This document shows positions 15,884 through 16,764 of a stretch of DNA of 16,764 bases, one piece after another (position 1 is the first letter of the stretch; each line of letters begins with the position of its first letter). The notes below the pieces were generated by a model that made no database searches, was not told the DNA's origin, and saw only the letters and a program-made list of their open reading frames with translations. The translations under genes and the position numbers were made by a program. Origin of the DNA: a bacterium (GTDB lineage: Bacteria > Zhuqueibacterota > Zhuqueibacteria > Oceanimicrobiales > Oceanimicrobiaceae); assembly GCA_046757165.1 (NCBI GenBank), contig JBHHXT010000101.1, positions 1 through 16,764 on the forward strand, given 5' to 3'.

Positions 15884-16764
15884 TCATTTCTGCAAGGTTA
15901 GTTTCCTGGTCAGGATCTTACTGCCAACTTTCAGATAGAGGAAATAGACACCGGAGCCTACATCGATGCCGGAACTGTTGCGGCCATCCCAACGCACTTT
16001 CTTCTTCCCCGCCTGCTGATACTCATCCTTGATCCTGATGACTTCTTGACCTCTAGCATTGTAGACGACCAACTTTGCCCTGCTTGCGGTCGGCAGATCA
16101 TATTCGATGGTCGTTCCCGCGTTAAACGGATTGGGATAGTTCTGGCGCAAAGAGATTTCCTGCGGCAAAGGCTCTGGCGTATGCGCCATCAACAACTCCT
16201 CTGGCGCTGTCGGCTGAGCGACCGACGGTGCAGTAACCACCACTAACTCGGGTGCATGGATTCCCTCTTTTGAGCTATAAAAGACACTGTTAGATACAGC
16301 ATTCTTGATCCCGAAACTGACGATGCCATCACCGGCTAGCGCAGAAGTAACATCAAGCTCTACCCAATTACCTACGCTTACGGATCCTGCCGAGCTCAGC
16401 TCTGTACCGGCAATAGCAGGCGCATTGTTGAAGATAAGACCCGTCTCGTCCCACGGCGTCGCTGTGCCATCATAAGCGTTCGAGACCGCGAACACCGAGC
16501 CGCCATCCGGACTTGCATTCGTAACGTAAAGCCGAAGCGTTGCCTGCGAAACCGTGCCCAGGACACCCGTCACACTAAATTTTAGATAGCTGTGATAAAC
16601 AGTACTGCCAACGCGGGACCTCAGATGGTCAACGGAGCCGTAATTGATCGTCGGGCTGGACGATTTTACGTGGGCATCATCGGTCGGGTTAAAGGTGAAA
16701 GTTCCCCCCCCGCTGCTCCCCGTGCCGCTCAGCCCGATGTCAAAAGGATTCTCGTCCGGGTCGT
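15884..16764 (-). CDS. 3' part of a secreted multidomain protein: Ig-like domain end, DNRLRE/CBM96-like domain, FlgD-type/Por-like C-terminal domain (runs off the window)
   Basis: The frame is open to the window edge: DPDENPFDIGLSGTG-SSGGG-TFTFNPTDDAHVKSSSPTINYG...SYLKFSV...ATLRLYV...SSKEG..APELVV, then LRQNYPNPFN...YNARGQEV...WDGRN..G..VGSGVYF...RKLTLQK. Confidence 0.88.
   Translation of the reverse strand, partial: DPDENPFDIGLSGTGSSGGGTFTFNPTDDAHVKSSSPTINYGSVDHLRSRVGSTVYHSYLKFSVTGVLGTVSQATLRLYVTNASPDGGSVFAVSNAYDGTATPWDETGLIFNNAPAIAGTELSSAGSVSVGNWVELDVTSALAGDGIVSFGIKNAVSNSVFYSSKEGIHAPELVVVTAPSVAQPTAPEELLMAHTPEPLPQEISLRQNYPNPFNAGTTIEYDLPTASRAKLVVYNARGQEVIRIKDEYQQAGKKKVRWDGRNSSGIDVGSGVYFLYLKVGSKILTRKLTLQK

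Noticed and set aside
16704..16711. G8 tract as a phase-variation site
   Set aside because: Short, in frame, and explained by a Gly-Gly-Gly linker.

Overview
Bacterial window in which every supported gene lies on the minus strand. The FlgD-type/Por-like C-terminal domain and overall gene style suggest an FCB-associated lineage such as KSB1 or Calditrichota (inference). Reading in the direction of transcription (right to left): the 3' end of a secreted multidomain protein (Ig-like, DNRLRE/CBM96-like, FlgD-type CTD); a Trm112-fused SAM methyltransferase; a sigma54 promoter ahead of a secreted polysaccharide-lyase-like protein; then a sigma70 promoter with a structured, terminator-containing leader. 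The leader heads a long co-oriented run: C4 zinc-ribbon protein, rnpB (RNase P RNA), recJ, acyl-CoA carboxylase beta subunit, a split AtuA pair, an atypical GlmU-like nucleotidyltransferase, enoyl-CoA hydratase, acyl-CoA dehydrogenase, MBL-fold hydrolase and thiolase. Three spacers in the catabolic run each carry different small repeat elements. The best leads are the candidate attenuator leader at 12691-12902, the AtuA-containing leucine/terpene-type cluster that lacks a lyase and a biotin subunit in this window, the GlmU-like protein without acetyltransferase motifs, and the nested intergenic repeat elements.
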